Shown here: positions 19,448-28,459 of the stretch, in pieces
Layout: each line of letters begins with the position of its first letter
Numbering within the stretch: the first letter of the stretch is position 1
From: Bacteroidales bacterium
GTDB taxonomy: Bacteria; Bacteroidota; Bacteroidia; Bacteroidales; UBA932
Reading direction: 5' to 3'
NCBI GenBank assembly: GCA_022774085.1
Contig: JALFNZ010000014.1
Location: 1 to 43,715, forward strand
DNA length: 43,715 bases
Notes under the pieces: generated by a model
The model's database searches: none
The model's input: only the letters and a program-made list of their open reading frames with translations
What the model was told of the DNA's origin: nothing
Position numbers and translations under genes: made by a program

Positions 19448-20659
19448 CTATGACCTTCGGAAGAGCAATGAACTGTCTCCATAACTGAGGAATCTGAAAT
19501 CATTTGCAAGGGCATAGTCATATATAGTCTGCCAGTCACCTCCGACAAATGCACTGATGAGCAGAAGCAAAGTACTCTGAGGCTGATGGAAATTGGTTAC
19601 GAGCATATCAACGATCCTGAACTTGAATCCAGGTACGATGATTATGCGTGTACCCACCTTCAATTCATCAATATTATTGTTTTTAAGATATGATGCAATC
19701 GCCTGAAGTGATTCCTCAAGCGACCATGGGTAATCCCTCGAATATGGCTCCCACTGGTCAACATCTGAAGGTTGTCCCTGTTCGATGCATTTAATTCCTA
19801 TATAATATAGGGACTCCAAAGTTCTTACCGAAGTTGTTCCGACGGCAATGACGGGTTTGTCACGCCTTAGCAGCTTTTCAATCAGGGAAAGTGTCACAAC
19901 GATTGGTTCCCTGTGCATGGTATGCTCCCTTACAAGCGAACTTTTGACAGGCAGGAACGTGCCTGCTCCGACATGAAGGCAGACTGTCTGCTCGTCAATG
20001 CCACGCAGTTTTATATCTTCAAGGACTTTGTCAGTAAAGTGAAGTCCGGCAGTAGGAGCGGCAACAGATCCCCTGAAACGAGCGTAAAGAGTCTGATATC
20101 TTTCATTGTCGATGGATTCGGTATCCCTGTTAAGATATGGAGGAATCGGTATGCGGCCACAACATTCCAGGACTTTGGAAAAAGGGCTGCCGTCCTTCCA
20201 GGAGAATTCTACAATCGATGTTTCTCCCATGCGCTCAATTAGATTGGCCTGAAGGTCCATTGAAGATACAACCGGGTCCGATTCCGGATTATATAGGGAA
20301 AGGGTATCACCTTTCCAACGTTTGACATTTCCCACGATGCAATGCCATCGGCACGAACCTGATGTAGCGAACATTGTGACATATTCATTGGGCTGGACAG
20401 GTTCGAGACAGAAAATTTCAATGTGAGCTCCACTACGGCGCTGGAAATGAAGTCTTGCCGGAACAACCTTGGTGTCATTGAAAACCATCAGCGAATTTTC
20501 AGGTAGAAATTCCGGAATCTTGGAAAAAACACTGCTGATTACATTTCCATCCCTATAGACAAGTAGTTTTGACGATGACCTGTCAGGAAGGGGGTACTTG
20601 GCAATTCTCTCATCTGGGAGATTATAATTATAGTCTTCTATATGAATTTCAGGTATCAT
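19448..20659 (-). CDS. queA: S-adenosylmethionine:tRNA ribosyltransferase-isomerase
   Basis: VFNDTKVVPARL, PIPPYLNR, RYQT, GSVAAPTAGLHF, LHVGAGTF, TNFHQPQSTL, FRFLSYGDS. Confidence 0.95.
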   Translation of the reverse strand: MIPEIHIEDYNYNLPDERIAKYPLPDRSSSKLLVYRDGNVISSVFSKIPEFLPENSLMVFNDTKVVPARLHFQRRSGAHIEIFCLEPVQPNEYVTMFATSGSCRWHCIVGNVKRWKGDTLSLYNPESDPVVSSMDLQANLIERMGETSIVEFSWKDGSPFSKVLECCGRIPIPPYLNRDTESIDNERYQTLYARFRGSVAAPTAGLHFTDKVLEDIKLRGIDEQTVCLHVGAGTFLPVKSSLVREHTMHREPIVVTLSLIEKLLRRDKPVIAVGTTSVRTLESLYYIGIKCIEQGQPSDVDQWEPYSRDYPWSLEESLQAIASYLKNNNIDELKVGTRIIIVPGFKFRIVDMLVTNFHQPQSTLLLLISAFVGGDWQTIYDYALANDFRFLSYGDSSLLFRRS

Positions 20660-21194
20660 GGTATGTTTACAAATGTATCTGAGAATCGCGTATCCGTACG
20701 ATTCTCCGCTTCAGAGTGCAAAAATAAGAAAATTTGCGGGGATATTGAAATCTGACTTTAATCCAATCCTAATTCACAAATGTAATATCACAAAACGAAC
20801 ACAATTAATAACATTTGTCAAATTTTGTAACTATTCACCCCTTTACGTAAATATTTTTCAATGAGTTTACATAATTAATATAAGTAAATCTTATGCATTG
20901 TTAATATGCCATTTAATATTATATAAATCAGCCTTTTATATCATTTATTTGAAATTATAGTTTATATAATTCTTGTGAAATTGCATCATATTTCGGAATA
21001 TTTTGCCATTTAGGTTGAAATAATAATGAAATTCTTAATATAATTACTTGGAAATCTGCATTTTATATTAGTTACATAAAGTATTGATTTAATATATTTT
21101 CATCATCTGCACTACCCTATTCACACATGTAACCACACAACTTGTCTTTGAATTCCCCTATTTTTTAACTACATTTGTAACATCAATGTAAACA
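20660..21194. other. Large AT-rich divergent intergenic region with repeated ACA-N2-TGT palindromes (candidate oriC or HTH operator array)
   Basis: About 19% GC over 20861-21100 (hand count 45/240). Palindromes at 20667, 20774, 20809, 21121 and 21169; IHF consensus at 21077-21089; queA -7 element CAAAAATA at 20719-20726. Confidence 0.5.
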
Positions 21195-21614
21195 ATGATG
21201 AACACCCGTCTCAAGCAGTTCATGGCTGCAGAAAACATCACTCAAGCTCAGCTGGCAGATTCCCTGAAGGTAGTCCGTGCCAGTGTGTCCCATATTCTAT
21301 CCGGCAGAAACAATCCAAGCTGCGAGTTCATCAGGGCACTAATGATTACCTACCCTAACCTGAACATTGAATGGCTCATGCTCGGTAAAGGCAAAATGTA
21401 CAAGGAAAAGCCCAACGATTCCATGTATATAAATGACGAATCTTACAATCAGGATTCCGGAGCGTTGTCACAGCCTGCTTCACAAGAGCTTCCGAATATC
21501 GATTCCACGATTGATTTCACTTCTGTAGGTGAGGTGATGCAAGTACCTGTAAATAAAAGAAAAGTTGTCAAAGTAACCATACTTTTCGATGACGGTACAT
21601 ATCAGGAATTATAG
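21195..21614 (+). CDS. XRE/Cro-family helix-turn-helix protein with conserved C-terminal motif
   Basis: RLKQFM…TQAQLADSLKVVRASVSHILSGRNNPS…NIEWLMLGKG HTH_3 pattern, low-complexity linker, C-terminal RKVVKVTILFDDGTYQEL. Confidence 0.88.
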   Translation: MMNTRLKQFMAAENITQAQLADSLKVVRASVSHILSGRNNPSCEFIRALMITYPNLNIEWLMLGKGKMYKEKPNDSMYINDESYNQDSGALSQPASQELPNIDSTIDFTSVGEVMQVPVNKRKVVKVTILFDDGTYQEL

Positions 21615-21695
21615 TCAAACGGACAAGTTACAGAACCTTCATTATGATTTAACAGGCACTTTTGCTATATTTGCGAGGTTTTTAATCTATCGCAG

Positions 21696-22748
21696 ATGTA
21701 CAAGCATATACTCAGACCGATACTGTTCAGGTTCAATCCTGAAACGGCACATAACATGATTATGTCATCGCTTTCCGTCCTCAGTAAAATTCCGCTTGGG
21801 TCTTCAATCGTGAGGATGATTTACCGGAGGAATTCACCTTCATTGGCTAAGGAAGTCTTCGGAATCACCTTCCCCAATCCGGTCGGTCTGGCCGGAGGTC
21901 TTGACAAGAATGGAGAACATTACAATGACCTCGGGAATTTCGGATTCGGATTTGTGGAAATCGGCTCGCTGACTCCAAAACCTCAGGACGGCAATCCAAA
22001 GCCACGCCTGTTCAGGCTTCCGGAAGACAAGGCTATCATCAACAGGATGGGCATCAATAACAAAGGAGTCAAGAATGCAGTCGAGCATTTGAAGAAGGTC
22101 AAGCCTGATGTAATCGTGGCTGCCAACATATCCAAGAACGCGACAAGCATAAACGAAGAGGCTGCAAAGGATTATGAGACATCATTTGCGCTTCTGTATG
22201 ACTTTGTGGATATGTTCGTAGTGAACGTTTCATGTCCTAATGTAGAAGGACTGACCAACTTGCAGGACATAACTTTCCTGTCTGAAATTGTGGACAGGCT
22301 GCTTGACCTGAGGATGTACTATGACCAGTACAGGCCAATCCTGCTGAAGGTGTCTCCGGATCTGTCCAGACAGCAGCTTGATGAAATCATCGATTATTGC
22401 CTCAGGTCAGGAATTGACGGAATAGTAGCCGGCAATACGACAAGGAGCAGGGATACATTGGTCAATACTCCTGCAGAAAAAGTGGAAAGCATTGGAAAAG
22501 GGGGCCTGTCAGGAGCTCCCATTTTCAAGAAAAACCTTGAACTTGTCAGGTATATCTGCGAAAAGTCAGAAAAGAATCTTCCTGTCATAGGTGTAGGTGG
22601 AATCATGTCTCCTGAGCAGGCAGAGCAGATGCTTCAGGCAGGAGCTTCGCTTGTAGAAATCTACACCGGCTTCATATATGAAGGCCCTTCACTGGTCAGG
22701 AGAATCAACAAATATCTTGAAAACACCGCAAGGAACGGCTCTAAATAA
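21696..22748 (+). CDS. pyrD: Quinone-dependent dihydroorotate dehydrogenase (class 2)
   Basis: PETAH, NPVGLAGGLDKN, INRMG, VNVSCPN, LLKVSPD, GGLSG, IGVGGI; promoter -7 TATATTTG at 21666-21673. Confidence 0.95.
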   Translation: MYKHILRPILFRFNPETAHNMIMSSLSVLSKIPLGSSIVRMIYRRNSPSLAKEVFGITFPNPVGLAGGLDKNGEHYNDLGNFGFGFVEIGSLTPKPQDGNPKPRLFRLPEDKAIINRMGINNKGVKNAVEHLKKVKPDVIVAANISKNATSINEEAAKDYETSFALLYDFVDMFVVNVSCPNVEGLTNLQDITFLSEIVDRLLDLRMYYDQYRPILLKVSPDLSRQQLDEIIDYCLRSGIDGIVAGNTTRSRDTLVNTPAEKVESIGKGGLSGAPIFKKNLELVRYICEKSEKNLPVIGVGGIMSPEQAEQMLQAGASLVEIYTGFIYEGPSLVRRINKYLENTARNGSK

Positions 22749-22752
22749 TAAT

Positions 22753-24024
22753 ATGGTCCAGGCATCAATATGCACGATAGGCGATGAGATACTCATCGGC
22801 CAGATTGTTGACACTAATTCTTCAGGAATATCTAAGGCACTTAATGCAGCCGGAGTACAAGTTACAAGGATGATCTCTATCGGAGATGACCACGATGCCA
22901 TCATCTCAAGGCTTGGAGATGAACTGAAGGCAAACGACATAGTCATCGTAACAGGAGGACTCGGCCCTACAAAGGACGACATAACCAAACAGGCTCTGGC
23001 AGAACTGAGTGGGGCACAAGGCTTCAGGACTGATGAAAGACAATTGGAGATTGTTCACCGGATTCTCTCCTCTCGCGGGCTTGACGTTCTTGACATAAAC
23101 CTTGCCCAGGCTTCAGTGCCACAAACCTGCGAGGTCATTCCCAACAAACTCGGTACAGCTCCAATAATGGTGTTCCGCTTCCCAGAAAAAAAATTCGGGC
23201 ACAAGACGACTCTATATTCCCTTCCCGGAGTGCCTTTTGAAGCTATGGGGGCCCTTGAGGATATCCTTGAGGACATTCGTAGCCATTATGAACTGGCTGC
23301 CATCCATCATAAGACAGTCTGCACATTCGGCATTGCAGAATCGGCACTGTCAAAGATGATTGAAGACTGGGAAAATGCTCTGCCTTCCGATATGCATCTT
23401 GCATATCTTCCCAATCCTCTGCTCGGAGTAAGGCTGAGGCTATCAATTTATGGATGTGAGAAAGAAGATGCCGTGCGCAGAATTGATTACCAGTTCAGTA
23501 AGCTGAAGGAGATACTGAAGGAAAGCATTTATGAAGGAGACAGTCTTACTGCGTGCATAGGTGACATGCTCAGGAAAAGCTGCAAGACAGTAAGTTGTGC
23601 CGAATCATGTACCGGAGGACTGATTGCTTCCCTATTCACAAGCGAGGCCGGTGCTTCAGAATATTTCCTGGGAAGCGTGACCTCTTATGCAAACAGTGTC
23701 AAGACTGGTGTGCTCGGAGTGCCAGCAGAGATCATTGCCGAACATGGAGCTGTAAGTGAAGAATGCGTAAAGAAAATGGCCGAAGGAGTGAGGCGGATAA
23801 CAGGAAGCGACTATGCCGTAGCCACATCAGGAATTGCAGGTCCTTCAGGTGGAAGTGCCGACAAACCAGTCGGCCTTGTATGGATTGGTATCAGTTCTGC
23901 CCTCGGAACGACTGCATTCAGGCTCTGCTTGAAAGGTGACAGAAGGCGTAATATAGAACGATTTGCATCCAACGCACTTAATCTGCTGAGAATCAGGATT
24001 ATGTCAGAGTTGACAATCCATTAG
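22753..24024 (+). CDS. cinA: CinA: molybdopterin-binding domain plus NMN deamidase (PncC) domain
   Basis: IGDEILIGQIVDTN, TGGLGPTKDDIT, LPGVPFE, AESCTGG, SGIAGPSGG; start at ATG 22753. Confidence 0.92.
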   Translation: MVQASICTIGDEILIGQIVDTNSSGISKALNAAGVQVTRMISIGDDHDAIISRLGDELKANDIVIVTGGLGPTKDDITKQALAELSGAQGFRTDERQLEIVHRILSSRGLDVLDINLAQASVPQTCEVIPNKLGTAPIMVFRFPEKKFGHKTTLYSLPGVPFEAMGALEDILEDIRSHYELAAIHHKTVCTFGIAESALSKMIEDWENALPSDMHLAYLPNPLLGVRLRLSIYGCEKEDAVRRIDYQFSKLKEILKESIYEGDSLTACIGDMLRKSCKTVSCAESCTGGLIASLFTSEAGASEYFLGSVTSYANSVKTGVLGVPAEIIAEHGAVSEECVKKMAEGVRRITGSDYAVATSGIAGPSGGSADKPVGLVWIGISSALGTTAFRLCLKGDRRRNIERFASNALNLLRIRIMSELTIH

Positions 24025-25077
24025 TTCCAAAAAGTTGCCACCGGCAACTTTTTTTATGTCCTCATCCGAATATCCCCTTGACTTCATTTCTTCAAATACC
24101 AGGGAAATTTTGGATATGTCTTCCATACCATCAGGAGTAACCTCAATTCCGTCAAAATCCGAACCTATTCCCACATGGTCGATTCCGGCAATTGAAACGG
24201 CATGGTCGATATGGTCAACAATCCTTTTATAAGAAGGACGCGGAAGATTCGTCAGTGAATCCACGATTTCATACCATGCCTTTCTTTTTGAAAGGTTTGA
24301 AGGATCAGCAATGTATGCCGCTTCAATTCGCTCGCCTTCTTCCTGAAGACGGGATTCAGCCAGGACCTTCCGGAATGAGTCATCCAGAAATACAGGATAG
24401 AAATTGATTTGCATCACTCCACCATTATGTGCCAGAGTACGAATCATGTCATCAGTCATGTTCCTTGGATGCGAGGCAAGGGCCCTGCAGCAGGAATGTG
24501 TAGCTGCCACAGGCTTCCGGGAGTACTTCATTACATCGTAGAAAGCATCATCTGAGATATGTGAGACATCTATCAGCATTCCTTTTTCATTCATTCTTGC
24601 TACGAGTTCCCGGCCAAAGGGACTGAGACCATTCCATGTATGGGTCCTCGGTGCGCAAGAGTCGCATATTTGATTGTCTGCGCTATGGCAAAGGGTTATA
24701 TACCTGACCCCGGCGTCATGGAATTCATCCATCAGGGCAAGGTCGTTCCCTATCGGTGAACCGTTCTCCAGTCCCACAAAAACAGAAAACAGACCTTTTT
24801 CTTTATTCCGGAGAGCATCAGAAGAACTGTAAGCAAAGGCAGCCTTGTCAGAATTGGCCTGCACACATGCCTTGAGTCCATCCATGAGCTTCCATGCATA
24901 GTCCTCAGCCTGAGGAAGTTGCAAAGAAGCAGGGATGTACAGGGCAAAGAAAGCAGCATCAACGGCTCCCCTGCCGAGCTTTGGAAAATCCACATGGGCA
25001 TGGTCGTTGTCCAAAGCCAGGTCCCTCAGACGCAGAATCTGGGACGGGGTGTCACAATGAGAATCCAGGACGAACAT
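24004..25077 (-). CDS. Membrane dipeptidase (peptidase M19)
   Basis: DSHCDT, GLENG, YITLCH, IDVSH, ATHS, HVGIGSDFDG, GGNFL. Confidence 0.92.
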   Translation of the reverse strand: MFVLDSHCDTPSQILRLRDLALDNDHAHVDFPKLGRGAVDAAFFALYIPASLQLPQAEDYAWKLMDGLKACVQANSDKAAFAYSSSDALRNKEKGLFSVFVGLENGSPIGNDLALMDEFHDAGVRYITLCHSADNQICDSCAPRTHTWNGLSPFGRELVARMNEKGMLIDVSHISDDAFYDVMKYSRKPVAATHSCCRALASHPRNMTDDMIRTLAHNGGVMQINFYPVFLDDSFRKVLAESRLQEEGERIEAAYIADPSNLSKRKAWYEIVDSLTNLPRPSYKRIVDHIDHAVSIAGIDHVGIGSDFDGIEVTPDGMEDISKISLVFEEMKSRGYSDEDIKKVAGGNFLELMDCQL

Positions 25078-25079
25078 GA

Positions 25080-25826
25080 TTATTTTGCAAGTCTCTGTCT
25101 TACAGCTTCATACATCATCACCGCAGCGGCTACTGATACATTAAGGGAAGTGATTTCACCGGACATAGGAAGAGCAGCTTTCTCGTCCGAAAGTTCAAGC
25201 ATTGTCTGTGAGATGCCTTCTCCTTCTGAGCCCATGACGATGGCAGTCGGACCGGTCATGTCAACATCATAGATAAGCCTGTCAACTTTCTCCGTTGCGG
25301 AGATAATCTTGAATCCGCTCTGTTTCAAATAATAGGCAGCGACACGCAGGTTGGGAACTTTGCAAGTGTCAATCCTCATCAATGCTCCGGCAGAAGCTTT
25401 TACCGCTTCAGCATTGATGGCAGCGCCACCCTTGGCAGGAACTATTATTCCATGCCCTCCTGCACACTCCAGACTTCTTGCTATGGCACCAAGGTTGCGC
25501 ACATCGCTGACTCCGTCAAGAATCAGGATAAGCGGAGAAGTGCTCTGTCCCAATGCATTGTCAACGAGCTGCTCGATTGAGACATAGTCAATATGGGAGA
25601 TATATGCAAGTACTCCCTGATGGCTTCCTCTGACAGAACGGTTCAGTTTCTCTCCCGGAACGAATTGGAAAGGAATTTCCTTTTCCTTAAGCAGTTCCAT
25701 GAGTTCTCTGAACTGTGGTCCTTCGAGTCCTTGTTTCAAAAGGACTTTGTCAAACTTTTTGCCGGCTTTGACGGCCTCAATCACAGGGTGCATCCCAAAG
25801 AGATACTGCATCTTATTTTCTTCCAT
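25080..25826 (-). CDS. rlmB: 23S rRNA (guanosine-2251-2'-O)-methyltransferase
   Basis: FGMHPVIEA, HQGV, DVRNLGAIAR, GSEGEGI, SLNVSVA; start at ATG 25826. Confidence 0.9.
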   Translation of the reverse strand: MEENKMQYLFGMHPVIEAVKAGKKFDKVLLKQGLEGPQFRELMELLKEKEIPFQFVPGEKLNRSVRGSHQGVLAYISHIDYVSIEQLVDNALGQSTSPLILILDGVSDVRNLGAIARSLECAGGHGIIVPAKGGAAINAEAVKASAGALMRIDTCKVPNLRVAAYYLKQSGFKIISATEKVDRLIYDVDMTGPTAIVMGSEGEGISQTMLELSDEKAALPMSGEITSLNVSVAAAVMMYEAVRQRLAK

Positions 25827-25870
25827 AACTATTAATCTTTCATGTATAAATTTCCTCTCGTTCAAGCGGA

Positions 25871-27805
25871 CTACTCTTCTATTGATTCTGAGAGTTTCTC
25901 CCATTCGGCCATCTTGTAGTCAAGCTCACGTTTGTTCTCAAGATAGCTCCGGGTAAGTTCCATCACATCATCTTCAGGTTTAGGATTGGTCAGGACTGCC
26001 TCAATCTCTTTCATCTTGCCTTCAATCTCCTCTATCCCCTTCTCCAGAAATGCGATACGGTTTCTTATCTTACGTTCTTCTTTAGATATGAACTTCTTGG
26101 CCTGATATTCCTGACGGGACTCTTCTTTCTTCTGAATCTGCGCCTCTTCAACAACCGGCTCCACTTTATAGTGACGCTCAAGCTCGTTCAATGTCTCCAG
26201 ACGACGCCTTTCCAAAAAGTCCTGTACTCCTCCCAGATGCTCCTTGACATGACCGTCACGGAACTCATATAGTTTGTCCACAAGCCCGTCAAGGAAGTCC
26301 CTGTCATGGGAAACTATGATGATTGTACCGTCATAGGCCTTGAGGGCCTGTTTCAAAATGTCCTTGGAACGGATGTCCATGTGGTTTGTCGGCTCATCGA
26401 GAGCCAGGAGGTTGTATGGCTTGAGCATGAGCTTTGCCATGGCAAGACGTGCACGCTCGCCGCCACTCAACACTGCCACTTTCTTGTCGATATCCTCTCC
26501 CTTGAAGAGAAAGGCTGCCAGTATATCACGCAACTTCATACGGATATCTCCTACGGCTATCTTGTCCAAAGTGCCGAATACCGTATCTTCTTTATCAAGG
26601 ATATCTTCTTGATTCTGAGCATAATATCCAATATTTACATTATGCCCGGTTCGTGACGTTCCCTCAATAGGCTCTAGTTCACCCATGATGGCACGCATCA
26701 AAGTGGTCTTACCCTCGCCGTTCCTTCCGACCAATGCCACCTTCTCACCTCTTTTGACCTCAATGTCGGCATCAGAAAAAACAATCTTTTCACCATAGCC
26801 GAGCGCAAGGTCCACGGCCTTGTATGCAATGTCTCCCGAACGCGGAGCTGGAGGAAATTTCACAGCCAGTGCGGACTTGTCTTCAATGTCAACCTCGATA
26901 CGTTCCAGTTTCTCAAGCTGTTTGACACGGGACTGAACCTGGTTGGATTTGGTTGGCTTATAGCGGAAGCGTTCTATGAACTCCTCTGTCTTTTCAATCA
27001 TTCTCTGCTGGTTCTCGTAAGCAGCCTGCTGTTGTGAAAGCCTTTCCTTGCGAAGTTCCAAATATTTGCTGTAGGGTACCTTGTAGTCGTGGATCCTGCC
27101 AACCATTATTTCCACTGTCCTGTTAGTCACATTATCCAGGAATTTCCTGTCGTGAGAGATGAGCACCAAAGAACTCCGACTTTCCTTCAGGTAGGTCTCC
27201 AACCATTCAATTGATTCAATATCAAGATGGTTGGTAGGTTCATCCAAAAGAAGGACATCAGGTTTCGAGAGCAGGATCTTGGCAAGTTCTATACGCATGT
27301 TCCAACCTTGGCTGAATGTCTCGGTGGCACGGTCTAGTTCGTCGTACTTGAATCCCAGTCCGATGAGAGTCTTTTCTGCCTGAACACGTGGATTGTCTGA
27401 ACGAGTGATGGCCAAAGCATCATTCACATCATTCAGCCTTACGATAAGGTCATGATACTCCTTGCTTTCATAGTCCTGACGTTCAGCCAATTGCGCAGTG
27501 ATGACTTCCAACTCGGCCTCCATCTGGAACATCTCTGCAAAAGCAGTCATAGTTTCATCTATGACAGACTTTCCCCGGTGATGCTCCATTATCTGAGGAA
27601 GATATCCGATTTTCACACCAGATGGTACGGCAACCTTGCCGGAAGTTGGAGTCTGAAGTCCACAAATAAGTTTGAGTATAGTGGACTTACCGGCACCGTT
27701 CTTTCCGACAAGGCCTATCTTGTCTGTCTCACTGATGTGAAAATTAATGTCGTTCAGCAGAGTGAAGCCGCCATAGGCTACAGTCAGATTGTTGATTGAT
27801 ATCAT
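25871..27805 (-). CDS. ABC-F family ribosome-associated ATPase
   Basis: Two ABC domains (GKNGAGKST…FSQGW…LDEPTNHLD; GRNGEGKTT…LSGGE…LDEPTNHMD), no TM segments, C-terminal coiled coil. Confidence 0.93.
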   Translation of the reverse strand: MISINNLTVAYGGFTLLNDINFHISETDKIGLVGKNGAGKSTILKLICGLQTPTSGKVAVPSGVKIGYLPQIMEHHRGKSVIDETMTAFAEMFQMEAELEVITAQLAERQDYESKEYHDLIVRLNDVNDALAITRSDNPRVQAEKTLIGLGFKYDELDRATETFSQGWNMRIELAKILLSKPDVLLLDEPTNHLDIESIEWLETYLKESRSSLVLISHDRKFLDNVTNRTVEIMVGRIHDYKVPYSKYLELRKERLSQQQAAYENQQRMIEKTEEFIERFRYKPTKSNQVQSRVKQLEKLERIEVDIEDKSALAVKFPPAPRSGDIAYKAVDLALGYGEKIVFSDADIEVKRGEKVALVGRNGEGKTTLMRAIMGELEPIEGTSRTGHNVNIGYYAQNQEDILDKEDTVFGTLDKIAVGDIRMKLRDILAAFLFKGEDIDKKVAVLSGGERARLAMAKLMLKPYNLLALDEPTNHMDIRSKDILKQALKAYDGTIIIVSHDRDFLDGLVDKLYEFRDGHVKEHLGGVQDFLERRRLETLNELERHYKVEPVVEEAQIQKKEESRQEYQAKKFISKEERKIRNRIAFLEKGIEEIEGKMKEIEAVLTNPKPEDDVMELTRSYLENKRELDYKMAEWEKLSESIEE

Positions 27806-28011
27806 TTAGCCTCCTTGTCTGAACCTTTAGAGGAATCCTTTGCATCACTTCCGTCCTTAAGGCCGGATTTGAAGTTTCTGATTCCTTCACCTACACCTTT
27901 CATCAGTTCAGGCAGTTTCTTTCCACCCAGCAGAAGAAGAATGACAAGGGCAATGATTAAAATCTCCCAAATTCCCAGATTGAAGATAAGTGGTACCATC
28001 AGCATTTTCAT
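27802..28011 (-). CDS. tatA: Twin-arginine translocase subunit TatA/E
   Basis: LGIWEILIIALVILLLLGGKKLPELMKGVGEGIRNFK; start uncertain (28011/28005/27999). Confidence 0.9.
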   Translation of the reverse strand: MKMLMVPLIFNLGIWEILIIALVILLLLGGKKLPELMKGVGEGIRNFKSGLKDGSDAKDSSKGSDKEAK

Positions 28012-28013
28012 TA

Positions 28014-28421
28014 TCAAATTCCTTTTTCAATTACTTGTACAAGCGACTCTGGGCAGCGTACCGGGCGTCTTGACCTGGCGTCAAGGAAACCCAGGGTCAC
28101 CTTTCCTTCACACAGCAACACTCCGGTGGATGCATTGAAAATCTCGCTTCTGACAATCAACTTTGCCAAAGGCACTTTGTCAATAATGGAAACAATCCTC
28201 AAGCGATCTCCCATCTTTGCAGACTGGCGGTAACGGCACTCGACTCCCACTACGGGAAGCACAACACCGGCCTCTTCAATCTTATGAATTGGCAAGCCAG
28301 CCTTCTCCATCATATCGGAACGGCCGCATTCGAAATACCTTATATAATTGGAGTGATGTACTATGCCCATTTGGTCGGTTTCATAGTATCTCACATCCAA
28401 CTCCAACTCCGAAATAAACAT
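28014..28421 (-). CDS. YbgC/FadM-family acyl-CoA thioesterase
   Basis: VRYYETDQMGIVHHSNYIRYFECGR hot-dog motif. Confidence 0.9.
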   Translation of the reverse strand: MFISELELDVRYYETDQMGIVHHSNYIRYFECGRSDMMEKAGLPIHKIEEAGVVLPVVGVECRYRQSAKMGDRLRIVSIIDKVPLAKLIVRSEIFNASTGVLLCEGKVTLGFLDARSRRPVRCPESLVQVIEKGI

Positions 28422-28459
28422 ATAACAAAATTGTTATTATTCAGAACTATCTTGTTTTA

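Noticed and set aside
20660-20720. preQ1 riboswitch upstream of queA
   Set aside because: No preQ1-I stem-loop plus A-rich tail signature; only a generic hairpin.
20658-20864. 68-aa ORF in the queA/HTH intergenic region
   Set aside because: Overlaps the queA start and promoter on the opposite strand, has AT-rich composition and no recognisable motif.
25827-25904. N-terminal extensions in the ORF track (rlmB, also cinA, ALDH, rlmD and the hydrolase) implying large overlaps or frameshift fusions
   Set aside because: Downstream ATGs give family-typical N-termini; I saw no slippery sites or broken domains.
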